Positions 18,438 through 28,455 of a stretch of 64,000 nucleotides of DNA are shown piece by piece. The stretch lies in IMG/VR virus record IMGVR_UViG_3300025580_000039, positions 5,619-69,618 of that record. One strand, given 5' to 3'. Under the pieces are notes generated by a model. The model was not told the DNA's origin. It ran no database searches and worked only from the letters and a program-made list of their open reading frames with translations. The position numbers and the translations under genes were made by a program. Source of the DNA: a virus. Its lineage: Duplodnaviria; Caudoviricetes. The stretch's first letter is position 1. The number at the start of each line of letters is the position of its first letter.

Positions 18438-18914
18438 TCACGCGGCCGCCGGGCTCGTCAGCTCCACGATGATGATCTCGATGAGGGCGCAGACGTCGGT
18501 CAGGAGGGTGGAGAGGTCGTTGAGCCGAGCCATCTCCGTGTTGATGTCGTCGATGATGGCGGTCTGCTCGCGGACCCGGTAGAGCACGTTGTCTGCTACG
18601 GCCAGGGCGGTCGTGACGACCTCCTGGGGGGCGGTCAGGAAGTCGCCGAACTCCGTGCAGGTATCGACCAGCCTGGCCACCCCGGTCGGGTAGAACGAGA
18701 GGGCTTCCTGGACGGGTGCCAAGGCGGCCTCGTAGGCGGCCTGGACGGCCTCCAGCTTGACGTTCTTGAGCTGGATGGACGTTCGGTTGACCAGCAACTT
18801 AGTCAACCTGGTGGCGATGATGGCCTGCTGGGCGGTCGCGGCATCGCACAGGGCCCGGAGGGTCGCGATCGACAGGGTTCGCAGGATGGTGGCGACGCAG
18901 GGCTCCAACGCCAT
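18438..18914 (-). CDS. Hypothetical all-helical protein, 158 aa
   Basis: Clean ORF directly downstream of a promoter-motif copy; heptad-like pattern. Confidence 0.7.
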   Translation of the reverse strand: MALEPCVATILRTLSIATLRALCDAATAQQAIIATRLTKLLVNRTSIQLKNVKLEAVQAAYEAALAPVQEALSFYPTGVARLVDTCTEFGDFLTAPQEVVTTALAVADNVLYRVREQTAIIDDINTEMARLNDLSTLLTDVCALIEIIIVELTSPAAA

Positions 18915-18923
18915 TGCTCTGCC

Positions 18924-18955
18924 ACTCTACCGCCCAACCGAGCGGAACTTTAGAA
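18924..18955 (-). promoter_or_regulatory. Bipartite promoter motif, copy 1: TTCTAAAGTTCCG-N11-GGTAGAGT
   Basis: Intergenic; one of four copies with an identical 11-nt spacer; TAnnnT hexamer lies 9 nt before ATG 18914. Confidence 0.75.
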
Positions 18956-18968
18956 GTCCTGGGCCTAC

Positions 18969-20114
18969 TCAGCTACCAGGAGTTGCCGCGAGTTGCGTGA
19001 AGGCGACCTGGCTGAGAATCGCGTTGCTGGCCAGGTAGGCTTTGAGCGCGTTGAGGGCCGCGACCGTCGCGGGGTTGAACCCGCCCGTGCTGCCGGCCAC
19101 CAGGACGACACCGGTCGACAACGTGTCGATGAGGTTCTGGAGAAGGGTGTTGAGCTGGGTGCCGAGTGGAACGGGTTCGTTGGCACTCGGTCCACCCAAT
19201 CGGAGGACTGTTGCAGGCTGAAGGGTGATGTCACGGTACTGGGCGAGCAGGCTGGACGTCAGGCCGACCATCTTGAGGCCCAGGGCAGTCGCGAGGGCCG
19301 ATTGGGTCGCCTCGACGTTGCCCAGGGCGTCGACCTCCAACTCGAACGCAACCGTCGCGCCGGCCGCATCGTAGACGCGTACGTGGGCGCGAAGCGGCCC
19401 CCCTCCCGACCCTACCGTAGGGGCAAAGGGGGTCGAGTCGTCCACGACATCCCCGACCTTGACGTCAACCATCGGGGTCGCGACCGCCCCAGCGTCGTGG
19501 GCGAGGAACGTGCGGGCCTCCCGGTAGACCCCAGCCGCCAGGGCCGACTCCTCGGGGTCGGTGGGGAGGAGGAGGCGGCGGACCTCGCCGAACCGCTGTT
19601 CCGACCCCGCGACCACCACGCGATGGAGGGATGCTTCGATGACGCTCTCCAGCCGGTCCTTCGACAGCGTGATGGCAACGGGCCCCCCGGTGAGCTGAAG
19701 GGTTCCGTCCGCCCCACCCCAGATAGTCGCTCGGCCGGCGCTGCGCAGCTCGTACTCGCCCGCCTTCAACTCGCGGATGAGGAACTGGTCGGCGGCGTCT
19801 TCGTCGGCGAGTTGCCCGTAGTTGATCGCCTCGAACGCGATGATGTGCATCGACCCGTCCATCCCCTGGATGAGGGTGACGGTGTCGCCCACCTGCGGGA
19901 TCATCCGGAACCAGCTCGACCGTCCGAGCGCGAACGAGAACTGGACCATCGGGAGCTTGACGTCATCCCGCACGCTACCCCCCTGGGTGATCCGGACCTT
20001 CAGGACGCCGTTGCGCGGGTCGACCGCCGTGATGACGCCATCGACCGAGCAGCCTGGGATCTCGTCGCGGTTGCCGTAGAAGGGGTCCTCGTCGCCTGGG
20101 ATGGGCTCTCTCAT
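18969..20114 (-). CDS. Baseplate central spike (gpV/gp5 OB-fold-like), 381 aa
   Basis: GVITAVDP...LKVRI...WFRMIPQVGDTV OB-fold motif; C-terminal LGGPSANEPVPLG..L..LL..L. Confidence 0.8.
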   Translation of the reverse strand: MREPIPGDEDPFYGNRDEIPGCSVDGVITAVDPRNGVLKVRITQGGSVRDDVKLPMVQFSFALGRSSWFRMIPQVGDTVTLIQGMDGSMHIIAFEAINYGQLADEDAADQFLIRELKAGEYELRSAGRATIWGGADGTLQLTGGPVAITLSKDRLESVIEASLHRVVVAGSEQRFGEVRRLLLPTDPEESALAAGVYREARTFLAHDAGAVATPMVDVKVGDVVDDSTPFAPTVGSGGGPLRAHVRVYDAAGATVAFELEVDALGNVEATQSALATALGLKMVGLTSSLLAQYRDITLQPATVLRLGGPSANEPVPLGTQLNTLLQNLIDTLSTGVVLVAGSTGGFNPATVAALNALKAYLASNAILSQVAFTQLAATPGS

Positions 20115-22738
20115 ACGATCACATCTCCGTCGATCAACTGCTGTTCGAGCTGGCGGTCCTGGATGGGGACGCGCGTGGCGGCTTGCTGGAGTGTCGCCTC
20201 CCGATCACGCCTCACCTCGTCCGACTCGTTCGCGTCGGGTGTCGTGGAATCGGGTTGGGCTCCGAAGAGGACCCGGTAGTTGAGCGGCCGACTTGCCTGC
20301 CCGGACAGCGGCACGTAGATCATCTTGTTGTCAGCCGTCATCATGCCGGTCCACCCCCGCATGTACCGCAGGCCGATCGACGTCCGCCACCCCCCGTTCC
20401 ACGCCATCGAGTGCGACACATCCGCCGAGGTCCCGATGTGGTTGCGGAGCTTCCAGAGGTACGGGCGGTTCAACCCGCAGGAGAAGCGGGGGACGAGGGG
20501 GAGGCCAACGGAATGGGCGTCCGCGTTGACCTTGTTGAGCATGATGTTGGCGTAGATGCGGGCCGCTTCCTCCGTTCGGATCCGTCCCTTCGTGTTGCCG
20601 CGCTCCTGGCGGGTCCCGTAGACCGGGAACATGGCGGGCAGCTTGACGACCACGTCTGGCAGGTTGGCTGCGATCTCGTTGCCCGTCTGGGTGTGGCGGG
20701 TGGGCTGAGGGGCGACGGCCGCGATCGTCCTGACGGCTGCGTCCGAGAAGGTCGAGGACGACGCGAACTGGTCGTCCAACTCGACCAGGTAGTTGCGCTC
20801 GTACACGCCAAGGTCGTCTGGGTCGAAGTCGTACAGGGGGAACTCGACGACCAGGTCACCCTTGGGGGTCGCGTAGAAGACGAACTCGATGCGGGCAAGC
20901 GCGTCGTAGAGGAGCTGGAGGAAGTTCTGCGACTCCGACTTCATCGAGTACGACTGGACCAACTCCAAGCCGACGACGTCGTTGCCGATCGATTCCGCGC
21001 CCGCGGGTAGCAGGACGAAGACGCGACCGCCGTCGACCGGGAAGTTGACGGGGTCCTCGCCGATCAACGTGATGAAGTCCTCGATGGTCGCGTCGTAGAA
21101 CGGCTTGCCGAGCCGCCGTTCCATCTTGGCCCGGTAGTCCGATTCATCCGTGTCCTTGTTGAGCATGGTGTGGACGTCGTCGCGGCGGACCGGCCACGAG
21201 ACGATCCCCTCCCACTGCTGAAGGGAGACGGGCTCGATGCCATCGGGTAGAGGTTCCCCTCCCTGGATCGACAGGCCATACACGTGGGCACCCACGCAAG
21301 GCGATTCCAATGCGAGACGGGCGTCGCTGACGCGGTTCTGCGCGACCTGCTGGACGGTGCGCTGGTCTCGGTTCTGGTTGATCGCGTCGGCGACGGCCCG
21401 CTGTTCCTGCTCGGTCAGATCGGTCGTCAGGGCTCCGGACCGTGCGCGGGCTGCGATCCGTTGGACGAGCAGGGTGCCTTGGATCTGTGGGGTGGCACGG
21501 AACGACTGGATCTCCTGCTCGACCGTCTGACGCAGCGCTTGGCGGTCGATGTCCCTGGCAGGCTTGAACGACCCGATCCCCGAGATGCCGAACCGGCGCA
21601 TGACCTTGTCGCCGAACCGGTTGATGTAGTCGACGACGAAGGCTTCCTGCTGGATCTCACCGAGACGGTCGCGATCGTTGCTCCGGCGCTCGATGTAGCT
21701 GTCGAGGGCGGCCTTCTGGGCTGGGGTCAAGGTGGCGCGGATCTCTTCGATGGACGCGGTCGGTGAGTACCGGGTCGTATCGACGTCCCCGATGAGCCCC
21801 ATTTCGATCGCCCGCTTCTGCGCGTCCGCCTCTGTCATGTCCGGTGGGGCGATCAAGAGGGTCTCGAAGACGGGCTCCCGCTGGGTCCCGAACACGATGA
21901 AGTCGATGATCTCGGTCAGCGTCTTGTTCGAGAGAGGGTTGGAGAAGGCGCTGTACTGCGCCTGGTCGGCTGGCGTTCGGTTCGCCGCATCGATCAACCC
22001 GGGGTTCGCGTACACGCGAGCGTACCGGAACAGCTTGGTCGGGTCCTCCGCCGCGATGGTCAAGACCTTCTGGTTGTTGACCGAGCAGTCGTCCGTGATG
22101 TCAGTCAAGAGGCCGGAGAACCCGTAGTACCAGGTGGTCGGGTCGAACGGGTCGCGCACGAAGATGCGGAGGGGGTCGTTCGGGTGGAACAGGGGGACGC
22201 CATCCGCGTACGGGTAGCGGGTCCGGTGGATCTTCCCGACCGTGTTGCCCTTGGCATCGACGTTGTCGACCAGGATCTTGGCGTGCGACTGCTTGAGGAA
22301 GAAGAGCTGGCTCTTGACCGACTCGGGGTTGGAGAGGCGGTAGTCGAGACGGGTGGTGTCGGTGCTGACGTACTTGGAGGCCCGCTGGGCCGCGAGGTCG
22401 CTGACCCGTTCGTCGAGCCCGCTGACCCGAACCTTGTTGCCCAGGTCTCTCGACCGCACCTGTACCTGACTGGCATCGATGCCGGTCAGCCAGAGCATGT
22501 CCTCGGTGGTCATCAGGTACTTGTCCCGCTCGCTCAGCAGCGTGATCGAGCAGGTGTTGGGCTGGTTGCCCACGTGGTTCTTGATGTTGATGGCGGTGAT
22601 GTCTTCGGTGACCTCGAAGCCGCACAGGAAGACCCGGTAGGCCGGGAAGGCATGCCGGACCTTCGGGAGGGGGCCTTCCGGCATGGAGTCGCCGTACAGG
22701 AACCGGAGGGCACGATCGACGGACGGGTCAGCCATCAC
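20111..22738 (-). CDS. Baseplate hub protein (gp27/gpD-like), 875 aa
   Basis: Lies between tube initiator and spike; NTCSITL, FSGLLTDITDD, EFVFYATPKGDLVVEFPLYDF and terminal WRTSIGLRYMR fit hub folds. Confidence 0.75.
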   Translation of the reverse strand: MMADPSVDRALRFLYGDSMPEGPLPKVRHAFPAYRVFLCGFEVTEDITAINIKNHVGNQPNTCSITLLSERDKYLMTTEDMLWLTGIDASQVQVRSRDLGNKVRVSGLDERVSDLAAQRASKYVSTDTTRLDYRLSNPESVKSQLFFLKQSHAKILVDNVDAKGNTVGKIHRTRYPYADGVPLFHPNDPLRIFVRDPFDPTTWYYGFSGLLTDITDDCSVNNQKVLTIAAEDPTKLFRYARVYANPGLIDAANRTPADQAQYSAFSNPLSNKTLTEIIDFIVFGTQREPVFETLLIAPPDMTEADAQKRAIEMGLIGDVDTTRYSPTASIEEIRATLTPAQKAALDSYIERRSNDRDRLGEIQQEAFVVDYINRFGDKVMRRFGISGIGSFKPARDIDRQALRQTVEQEIQSFRATPQIQGTLLVQRIAARARSGALTTDLTEQEQRAVADAINQNRDQRTVQQVAQNRVSDARLALESPCVGAHVYGLSIQGGEPLPDGIEPVSLQQWEGIVSWPVRRDDVHTMLNKDTDESDYRAKMERRLGKPFYDATIEDFITLIGEDPVNFPVDGGRVFVLLPAGAESIGNDVVGLELVQSYSMKSESQNFLQLLYDALARIEFVFYATPKGDLVVEFPLYDFDPDDLGVYERNYLVELDDQFASSSTFSDAAVRTIAAVAPQPTRHTQTGNEIAANLPDVVVKLPAMFPVYGTRQERGNTKGRIRTEEAARIYANIMLNKVNADAHSVGLPLVPRFSCGLNRPYLWKLRNHIGTSADVSHSMAWNGGWRTSIGLRYMRGWTGMMTADNKMIYVPLSGQASRPLNYRVLFGAQPDSTTPDANESDEVRRDREATLQQAATRVPIQDRQLEQQLIDGDVIV

Positions 22739-23451
22739 TCACCCCCCGTGACGCTCGGGTCCGAAAAGACGGAGTCGGCCAGGTCGAGCGCACTCTTGAC
22801 CCGCTCGATCGATGAACGGGAGAAGATGTAGTCGGACACGAACCCGGCGATCTCGTCGAGGTGAGGTTCGGTCGATTGGACGACGAACTGGACGTTCCAC
22901 TGCCGCTGGAAGGGCTCCTGAGCCGTCTCGGCGAACTGGAGGACGTTCTGGAAGAAGCCGCGGAACTTGACCTGCTTGGGGAAGATGGCGGACGCGTACG
23001 TCATCGTCACCAGGTTGGGGATGCCCAACTCCAGGTCGACGATCGGCGCAAGAGTCATCTCGTAGAACTGGAGCCAGGCGATGAGGTGGTCCTTGGCACC
23101 GGTCCGATCGGTCGACAGGTCCACCCCAAGGACCCGACCGATCTGCCGCTGGAAGGCTCGGGGGTCGATGTTGCCAGTCGTCCCCGACAGCGACAGCATC
23201 AGGATGTCGTTGTTCTGGCCGCGCGCGTTCGAGAAGTGGAAGTAGGTGGTGCCGCCGACCGTGTCCTGCTTCTGGATCCTCTTGGTCTGTTGAAACTGGA
23301 CGTTCTGCGGGTTGATTGTCATGCGGAGGGGCGGCCGCTCCAGCCGGGCGTTCAGGTCGGACTGCCAGATGACCGCCACCCGATTGTGCGAGTCGGGCCC
23401 CGCCGTCAACGTGCTCTTGAGGAGCGCCCCGATGTCCGCGATGAGAGCCAT
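22735..23451 (-). CDS. Tail tube initiator (gpU/gp48-gp54-like), 238 aa
   Basis: LRMTINPQNVQF...RI...T.GG...LSLSGTTG and FRGFFQN...F.E...PFQ..W..QF motifs; follows the tape measures. Confidence 0.7.
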   Translation of the reverse strand: MALIADIGALLKSTLTAGPDSHNRVAVIWQSDLNARLERPPLRMTINPQNVQFQQTKRIQKQDTVGGTTYFHFSNARGQNNDILMLSLSGTTGNIDPRAFQRQIGRVLGVDLSTDRTGAKDHLIAWLQFYEMTLAPIVDLELGIPNLVTMTYASAIFPKQVKFRGFFQNVLQFAETAQEPFQRQWNVQFVVQSTEPHLDEIAGFVSDYIFSRSSIERVKSALDLADSVFSDPSVTGGE

Positions 23452-25514
23452 TAGCGTACCCTTCCTGAACGAACCGCCTTGTGACGAGCGGCGCTAGTAG
23501 CGAGCGCGTTCGTGCCGATCACGACGGTAGCGCTACCGGTCTGCTGGGTTGGTGCGGGCTGGGCCAGGTAGGCATCGACGTCGGATTGGAAGCGGTTGCC
23601 GCCTCTTCCCCTGCTCGCCCGTCTACCCCCTCCGCCGCCGGACCCCTGGGCAGCCGCATCTCGAACGGATTGGTTGACTCCCTCTAGGGTAGAGGGGTCG
23701 CCCGTCCCTGCACCCTCTCCCGAAGGCATGTTGATCCGACTGGGTGGGAGCATGACGGTCGGGGTCTCGTCGTCTTCCTCGCCGATCCCTTCCAGAGCCT
23801 TGCGGAGCGGCTGAAGGCCCTCGACGCTGCCCAGGAAGTTCTCGCCGGCACCACCGATGTCCTTGAGCCCTTCCCACGCCCGACCCAGGGCCGGGCCGAA
23901 CAGCTTGCCGGCCTCGCGCATGGCCTGTCCGTAGGCGGCGGCCGTCTTGTCCTCGCCCTTCAGGATGGCGACCATGTAGCGGACGCTCAGGACCAACTCG
24001 GCCAGCCCCGCCATGATGATGTCGAACAGGGCAGTGCCGACCTGCCGGACCCCATCGAGTGCCTGGCGGACGAACTTCTGGAACGCCTCCGTCTTCTGCG
24101 CTTCCGTCTGGAACGCACCGGCCAGCGCCTTCTTCTCTTCCTTGCTGAGCTGCTCGACCGTCAGACCGGCCGCCAGCTTGTCGCCGATCTCCATGATGGC
24201 CTTCGCGCCCTTGAATCCCATCCGCGATTCCAGCCATGCCCTGGCCGACTGCGGGTCTCCCCGCGACATCTCCAGGGCCATCGAGCGCAGCTCCGTGATG
24301 CTGCCGGCCAGCACGTTCTGGTCAGGGCCGCCTTCACGGGTGAGCTGGTTGAGCAGGCGGGCACGGGCTTCCAGCCCCTTGCCCATCCCGAGTCGCTCGG
24401 CCAGCATGACCTGCTCGCCCATCCCGAAGGACGACAGGCCCCCGAGGATCTGCTGGGTGGCTTGCAGGGCCTCCGCACCAGCCATGTGCTTGGAGATGCC
24501 AAGCGCCTCGTACTGCTTGGTGAGCTTCTCGGTCAGGCCGATGACCTCGTGGGTGTTGATGCCCATGTGGCGGACACCGCCGGTCGCTTGCTGGATGGCG
24601 TTCGTGAATGCCGAGATCCCCACCCCCGACTTGGCGCCCGCGAAGTTCAGTTCGACGATCGCTTCGGCCGCCTGCTTGGTCGAGTACCCGTACTTGACCA
24701 TGAAGTCGGCGGCCTGCCGGCCGGCCGTGCCGCCCGCCAACTCGAAGTGGCGTTCGAGCCCCACGGTCAGGCCGTAGAGCGTCTGCATCTGCCCCCCGTA
24801 CGCCTTGGTGACCCGCTCGCCCAGCTCGCCGGCCGAGATGCCAGCGTCCGAGTACGACTTGGCGACGGCTTCCAGTTCGCCGCGCGTCGCCCCGAACTGG
24901 ATCTCCAGATCCTTGGCCAAGCCAGCCAGCTTGCCGGCCGCCAACCGGTCGGCCCGGGTGGCCTTGTCGCTGTAGCCGCGGACCGACTGCTCGAAGAGTT
25001 GGACGAACCGGTTGGCCTCCGCCTCGTACTTCTGGGTTTCGGCGACCCCCCAGAGCATCAGGCCGAGGATCCCCCCAACCCCCATGACACCGGGCGTCAG
25101 CATCGACAGGATGCCGCCCCCCGCCTTCTTGATGTCCTCGGCGATCTCCTCTGGGCGGACCCGGATGAACTTGCTCTCGTAGCTGGAGAGCATCCCGCGG
25201 ATCTTCTTGAGCCACTGGGAGCGCTGGCGCTTCTGCCCCTTGCCCTTGTCGACCTCGGTCGACTTCTGGTTGACCGCCTGCCAGTCCTTCGTGATGTCCT
25301 CGATCTCCTTCCGGCACCTCTCGGTGTACTGGCGGATGTCCTGGATGGGACCAAGGCCCGCTTCCTTGAGGAGGCGGTCGACCTCCACCTTCGAGTCGGC
25401 CCCCGTGCTGAGCGACTCGGCCGCCTGGACCATCCGCTGAGCCGACTCGGCGTACTCGGTGGCGGTCTCCTGGTGGCCGGTGACCCTGACCTTCGCTTCA
25501 AGTAGATCGGTCAT
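23451..25514 (-). CDS. Tape-measure-like protein 2 (687 aa; start 25514)
   Basis: Helical A/G-rich; colinear with the upstream paralog (MGVGGILGLMLWGV; GLAELVLSVRY). Confidence 0.75.
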   Translation of the reverse strand: MTDLLEAKVRVTGHQETATEYAESAQRMVQAAESLSTGADSKVEVDRLLKEAGLGPIQDIRQYTERCRKEIEDITKDWQAVNQKSTEVDKGKGQKRQRSQWLKKIRGMLSSYESKFIRVRPEEIAEDIKKAGGGILSMLTPGVMGVGGILGLMLWGVAETQKYEAEANRFVQLFEQSVRGYSDKATRADRLAAGKLAGLAKDLEIQFGATRGELEAVAKSYSDAGISAGELGERVTKAYGGQMQTLYGLTVGLERHFELAGGTAGRQAADFMVKYGYSTKQAAEAIVELNFAGAKSGVGISAFTNAIQQATGGVRHMGINTHEVIGLTEKLTKQYEALGISKHMAGAEALQATQQILGGLSSFGMGEQVMLAERLGMGKGLEARARLLNQLTREGGPDQNVLAGSITELRSMALEMSRGDPQSARAWLESRMGFKGAKAIMEIGDKLAAGLTVEQLSKEEKKALAGAFQTEAQKTEAFQKFVRQALDGVRQVGTALFDIIMAGLAELVLSVRYMVAILKGEDKTAAAYGQAMREAGKLFGPALGRAWEGLKDIGGAGENFLGSVEGLQPLRKALEGIGEEDDETPTVMLPPSRINMPSGEGAGTGDPSTLEGVNQSVRDAAAQGSGGGGGRRASRGRGGNRFQSDVDAYLAQPAPTQQTGSATVVIGTNALATSAARHKAVRSGRVR

Positions 25515-25516
25515 CG

Positions 25517-28447
25517 TCAGCCACCCCTTCGTAGGGCCTTCAGGTACGGGTACGGATCGACAGCCCCCCAACGGTTCTCGGCACCCGCCTCTTCGGAGAT
25601 GGGGCGCCGCCGGTACGTGGACGGGTCGTAGATCCGGTAGTGCAGGTGGGCGCCGCTCTCGATCTTCGCCCCCTTGACCGTCACGCTCGGGCTACTGGCG
25701 TGCGCGGATAGCACGCCGATGCGGGTGCCGGCATCGATGGCCGGCCAGTTCCGCCAGTTCCCACCCCGCCCCTTGGGGATGTCCTCGCTCTTGTCGATGT
25801 GGGCGAGCACATGGGTCATGCCGCTGTTGGGATCGTAGATGGAGACGCGACTCGGTCCGGTGTCCGGGGTGATGCGGCCCGTGACGGGCGCGTAGACGGG
25901 TGTGCCGCCCGGCATGACGATGTCCTGGGCGCCGTGGACCGCCCCCTTCTTCCCACCCTTCACGAACTGGTGGGAGAACGAACCGCCGAACAGGTTGCCC
26001 GCGCCCCCAAGTGGATCGAACTGGACAAGCGGGATGCTTGGGTCGCGCAGTCGCCCCCGGAAGGCTCCCGACGTCATACCTCCGCCTGCGGATGCGTTCG
26101 TCCCTTCGCTCCTGGCATCCGCCTCGGCGGCAGCCGACGGGGCCGCCGCGCTGGTCAGGGCATCTCGCCCCTTCTCCGATCCGGCCGCCAACGCGATTCG
26201 TCGTCCCTGTTCACTTGGAATGGTGACGAAGTGGATGGTGACCGGGAGGTTCTCACCACGAGCAGATCCGAACTCCACTCCGGTGATCGCGATGTTGGGG
26301 CGGCCCTCCAGGAAACCCCGGTCCGCCCATGTGCCCCGATCATCCTCCGTCTCGTAGGCGATGTCCGAGAGGAGGTCTTGGACGCCCGAGTAGTCCCCAG
26401 ACGATTGCGCTTGCGCAAGCGCCATCTGTTGATCGGGGGTCAGGGACGTGCCAGTCGCTAGCCGTTGGCCCCCGCGGGACGCGACCGTCTGGATGACGTC
26501 TCGACTGGACCGCAGCGCCGCCGTGATGCCCGCCTTCGACTGCCCACTCATCAGACGGGCGGCCATCCGCTTGACGGCATCGGGAGTGGTGATGGCCCCC
26601 ATGAACGCGTTCATGCCGGCCGAGTCGGGCAGGAGGGCCTTGGCATGTTGGCCGAGCCCGGAGAACCCTTTGCCGATGTCCTTGAGCACCTTCTCGTTCG
26701 TGCTCTCCGCGTCCCAGAAGGTGGTTTCCAGACGACCCATCTGTGCCTTCTCCGAATCGGTCAGATCGGAGAAGCCAGGGATGACGGAGAGCTTGTCCTT
26801 GAGGAGGAGGGGGAGGTAGCGGAGGCCGATGACCAGTTCGGCGAGCCCGACGGCGATCAAGTTGAACAGACCGAGTCCAATGCGGGCGATGTCCCGGGCG
26901 ACGTCCTTGAACCCCGTCTCGAAGTCGGTATGGGTGGCGCGCTCCTTCTTGAACGCGTCGTTGAACGTCTTCTCCGCCTTGGTCCGCTCCTCCTTGGTCG
27001 CGTTGGTGTTCTGGAGGGTGTCGACCGCCTGGATCATGATGAGGGCGGACTGAGGGCCGAGCTGGGGCATGACCCGTTCGAGCGCGACGCCGATCTCTTC
27101 CCTGGTCATCCGCCGGCCCCCACGGAACAGGTCGACGGTCGCACGGGCCATCTTGAGCGCGACGCCCGGCCCCTTCTCGGGATCCATGTAGGCGTCACGG
27201 AGCGCGTAGTAGGCGGCGAGGTCGGTGCCGAGCCCCATCTTCTCGGCGACCGCCATCTGCATCCCCTTCGACATGCCCGCGAGCCCTGCGCTGATCTGAC
27301 CGGTCGCCATGATGGCAGTCGTGGCGGCGAAGTGGGGTTCTAGGCCGCGCTCGACGAGCATGCGCTGGAGGCCGTGCGCCATGTTGAGACCGTCCTGGAC
27401 GGTGGCGCCGTACTGCCGCATCTGCCCGGTTGCCGTCAGGACGTCGTTGACGAATGATTGGACCCCGATGCCGGAGTCACGGCCGGCGAGCGCGAGCTTG
27501 CCGGTCATCTCGGTCGCCTCTTGGGCGGACATGCCGTACTGCTGCATCATCTGGTTGGCCGTCTTGGCGGCCGTCCCCTCGGGCAACCGGAGGGTCGTGT
27601 CGATCGCGGCCGTTGCAATCGCAACGCTCGCCCGCGCACCACCGACGTAGATGTTGGTCTTGGCGGTCGCCTCCTCGATCGAAACGCCGGAATCGGCAAG
27701 CGTCCTCGTGACCGCCGTCGCCTCCGCCTTGGACAGGCGGAACGTGTCGACCAGGTCGGCGAACTGGCGGCCCAACTGGGCCATGTGCTGGTGGGCGACC
27801 GCGTAGCCCTTGGCATCCCCGGACGCGATCGTCTTCTCCCAGAGCTGGGCGTACCGCTCGCCCTCGGCGCGGAGCTTCTCCTCGTAGTGGACGCCGTACA
27901 GCATCAGGCCGATGATCCCCCCCACCCCCATCGTCGTGATCGTCCCGCCGACGAGCCGACCGGCCGATGTGAGCGCCTGCCCGGCCTGCTTGTAGAGGTT
28001 GAAGAAGTTGCCGATCTTCTTCCCGAGGTCCCCCCGCTTGGTGGACGTCGCCCGTCTCCTGACCCCCTCCTCATCCTCCTCGGTGTCGTCGTCTTCGTCC
28101 TCCTCTTCATCCAGGAGGACGGCGCGCAAGGAGTCGATCGATGTGACGAGCTGCTTGTACTCGGTGAAGACCCGGCTGAACGCTTGAGACTGCGCTTCCG
28201 ACTCCTCCCCGGCCTTCTGGGCGACGCCGGCCGCCTCCGAGAACTCCGAAGCGGCCGTCTCCGCTTCGGCGCGGAGCCGCTTGGCCGCTTCGATCTCGGC
28301 GTCGGCGACCGCTTCCTTGCTCTTCTTGATGTCCTCGATGAGTTCCCGGTACTTCTCGACATGCTCGCCGAGCCCGGCGTGCTCGATGACGAGGTCGAGG
28401 TCGGCACCCTCGCCTCCACCGAACGAACCGCCGGACTCGGGGGGCAC
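25517..28447 (-). CDS. Tape-measure-like protein 1 with C-terminal M23 peptidase, 976 aa
   Basis: Follows the tail chaperones; helical body; C-terminal VHGAQDI...GTPVYAPVTG...LAHI...GAHLHYRI matches the M23 HxxxD and HxH motifs. Confidence 0.85.
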   Translation of the reverse strand: MPPESGGSFGGGEGADLDLVIEHAGLGEHVEKYRELIEDIKKSKEAVADAEIEAAKRLRAEAETAASEFSEAAGVAQKAGEESEAQSQAFSRVFTEYKQLVTSIDSLRAVLLDEEEDEDDDTEEDEEGVRRRATSTKRGDLGKKIGNFFNLYKQAGQALTSAGRLVGGTITTMGVGGIIGLMLYGVHYEEKLRAEGERYAQLWEKTIASGDAKGYAVAHQHMAQLGRQFADLVDTFRLSKAEATAVTRTLADSGVSIEEATAKTNIYVGGARASVAIATAAIDTTLRLPEGTAAKTANQMMQQYGMSAQEATEMTGKLALAGRDSGIGVQSFVNDVLTATGQMRQYGATVQDGLNMAHGLQRMLVERGLEPHFAATTAIMATGQISAGLAGMSKGMQMAVAEKMGLGTDLAAYYALRDAYMDPEKGPGVALKMARATVDLFRGGRRMTREEIGVALERVMPQLGPQSALIMIQAVDTLQNTNATKEERTKAEKTFNDAFKKERATHTDFETGFKDVARDIARIGLGLFNLIAVGLAELVIGLRYLPLLLKDKLSVIPGFSDLTDSEKAQMGRLETTFWDAESTNEKVLKDIGKGFSGLGQHAKALLPDSAGMNAFMGAITTPDAVKRMAARLMSGQSKAGITAALRSSRDVIQTVASRGGQRLATGTSLTPDQQMALAQAQSSGDYSGVQDLLSDIAYETEDDRGTWADRGFLEGRPNIAITGVEFGSARGENLPVTIHFVTIPSEQGRRIALAAGSEKGRDALTSAAAPSAAAEADARSEGTNASAGGGMTSGAFRGRLRDPSIPLVQFDPLGGAGNLFGGSFSHQFVKGGKKGAVHGAQDIVMPGGTPVYAPVTGRITPDTGPSRVSIYDPNSGMTHVLAHIDKSEDIPKGRGGNWRNWPAIDAGTRIGVLSAHASSPSVTVKGAKIESGAHLHYRIYDPSTYRRRPISEEAGAENRWGAVDPYPYLKALRRGG

Positions 28448-28455
28448 GCATCCTC

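Noticed and set aside
18943-18955. Plus-strand reading GGAACTT as an ECF sigmaE -35 element
   Set aside because: There is no conserved -10 on that side and no plus-strand genes; the conserved partner element lies on the minus-strand downstream side at a fixed spacing.
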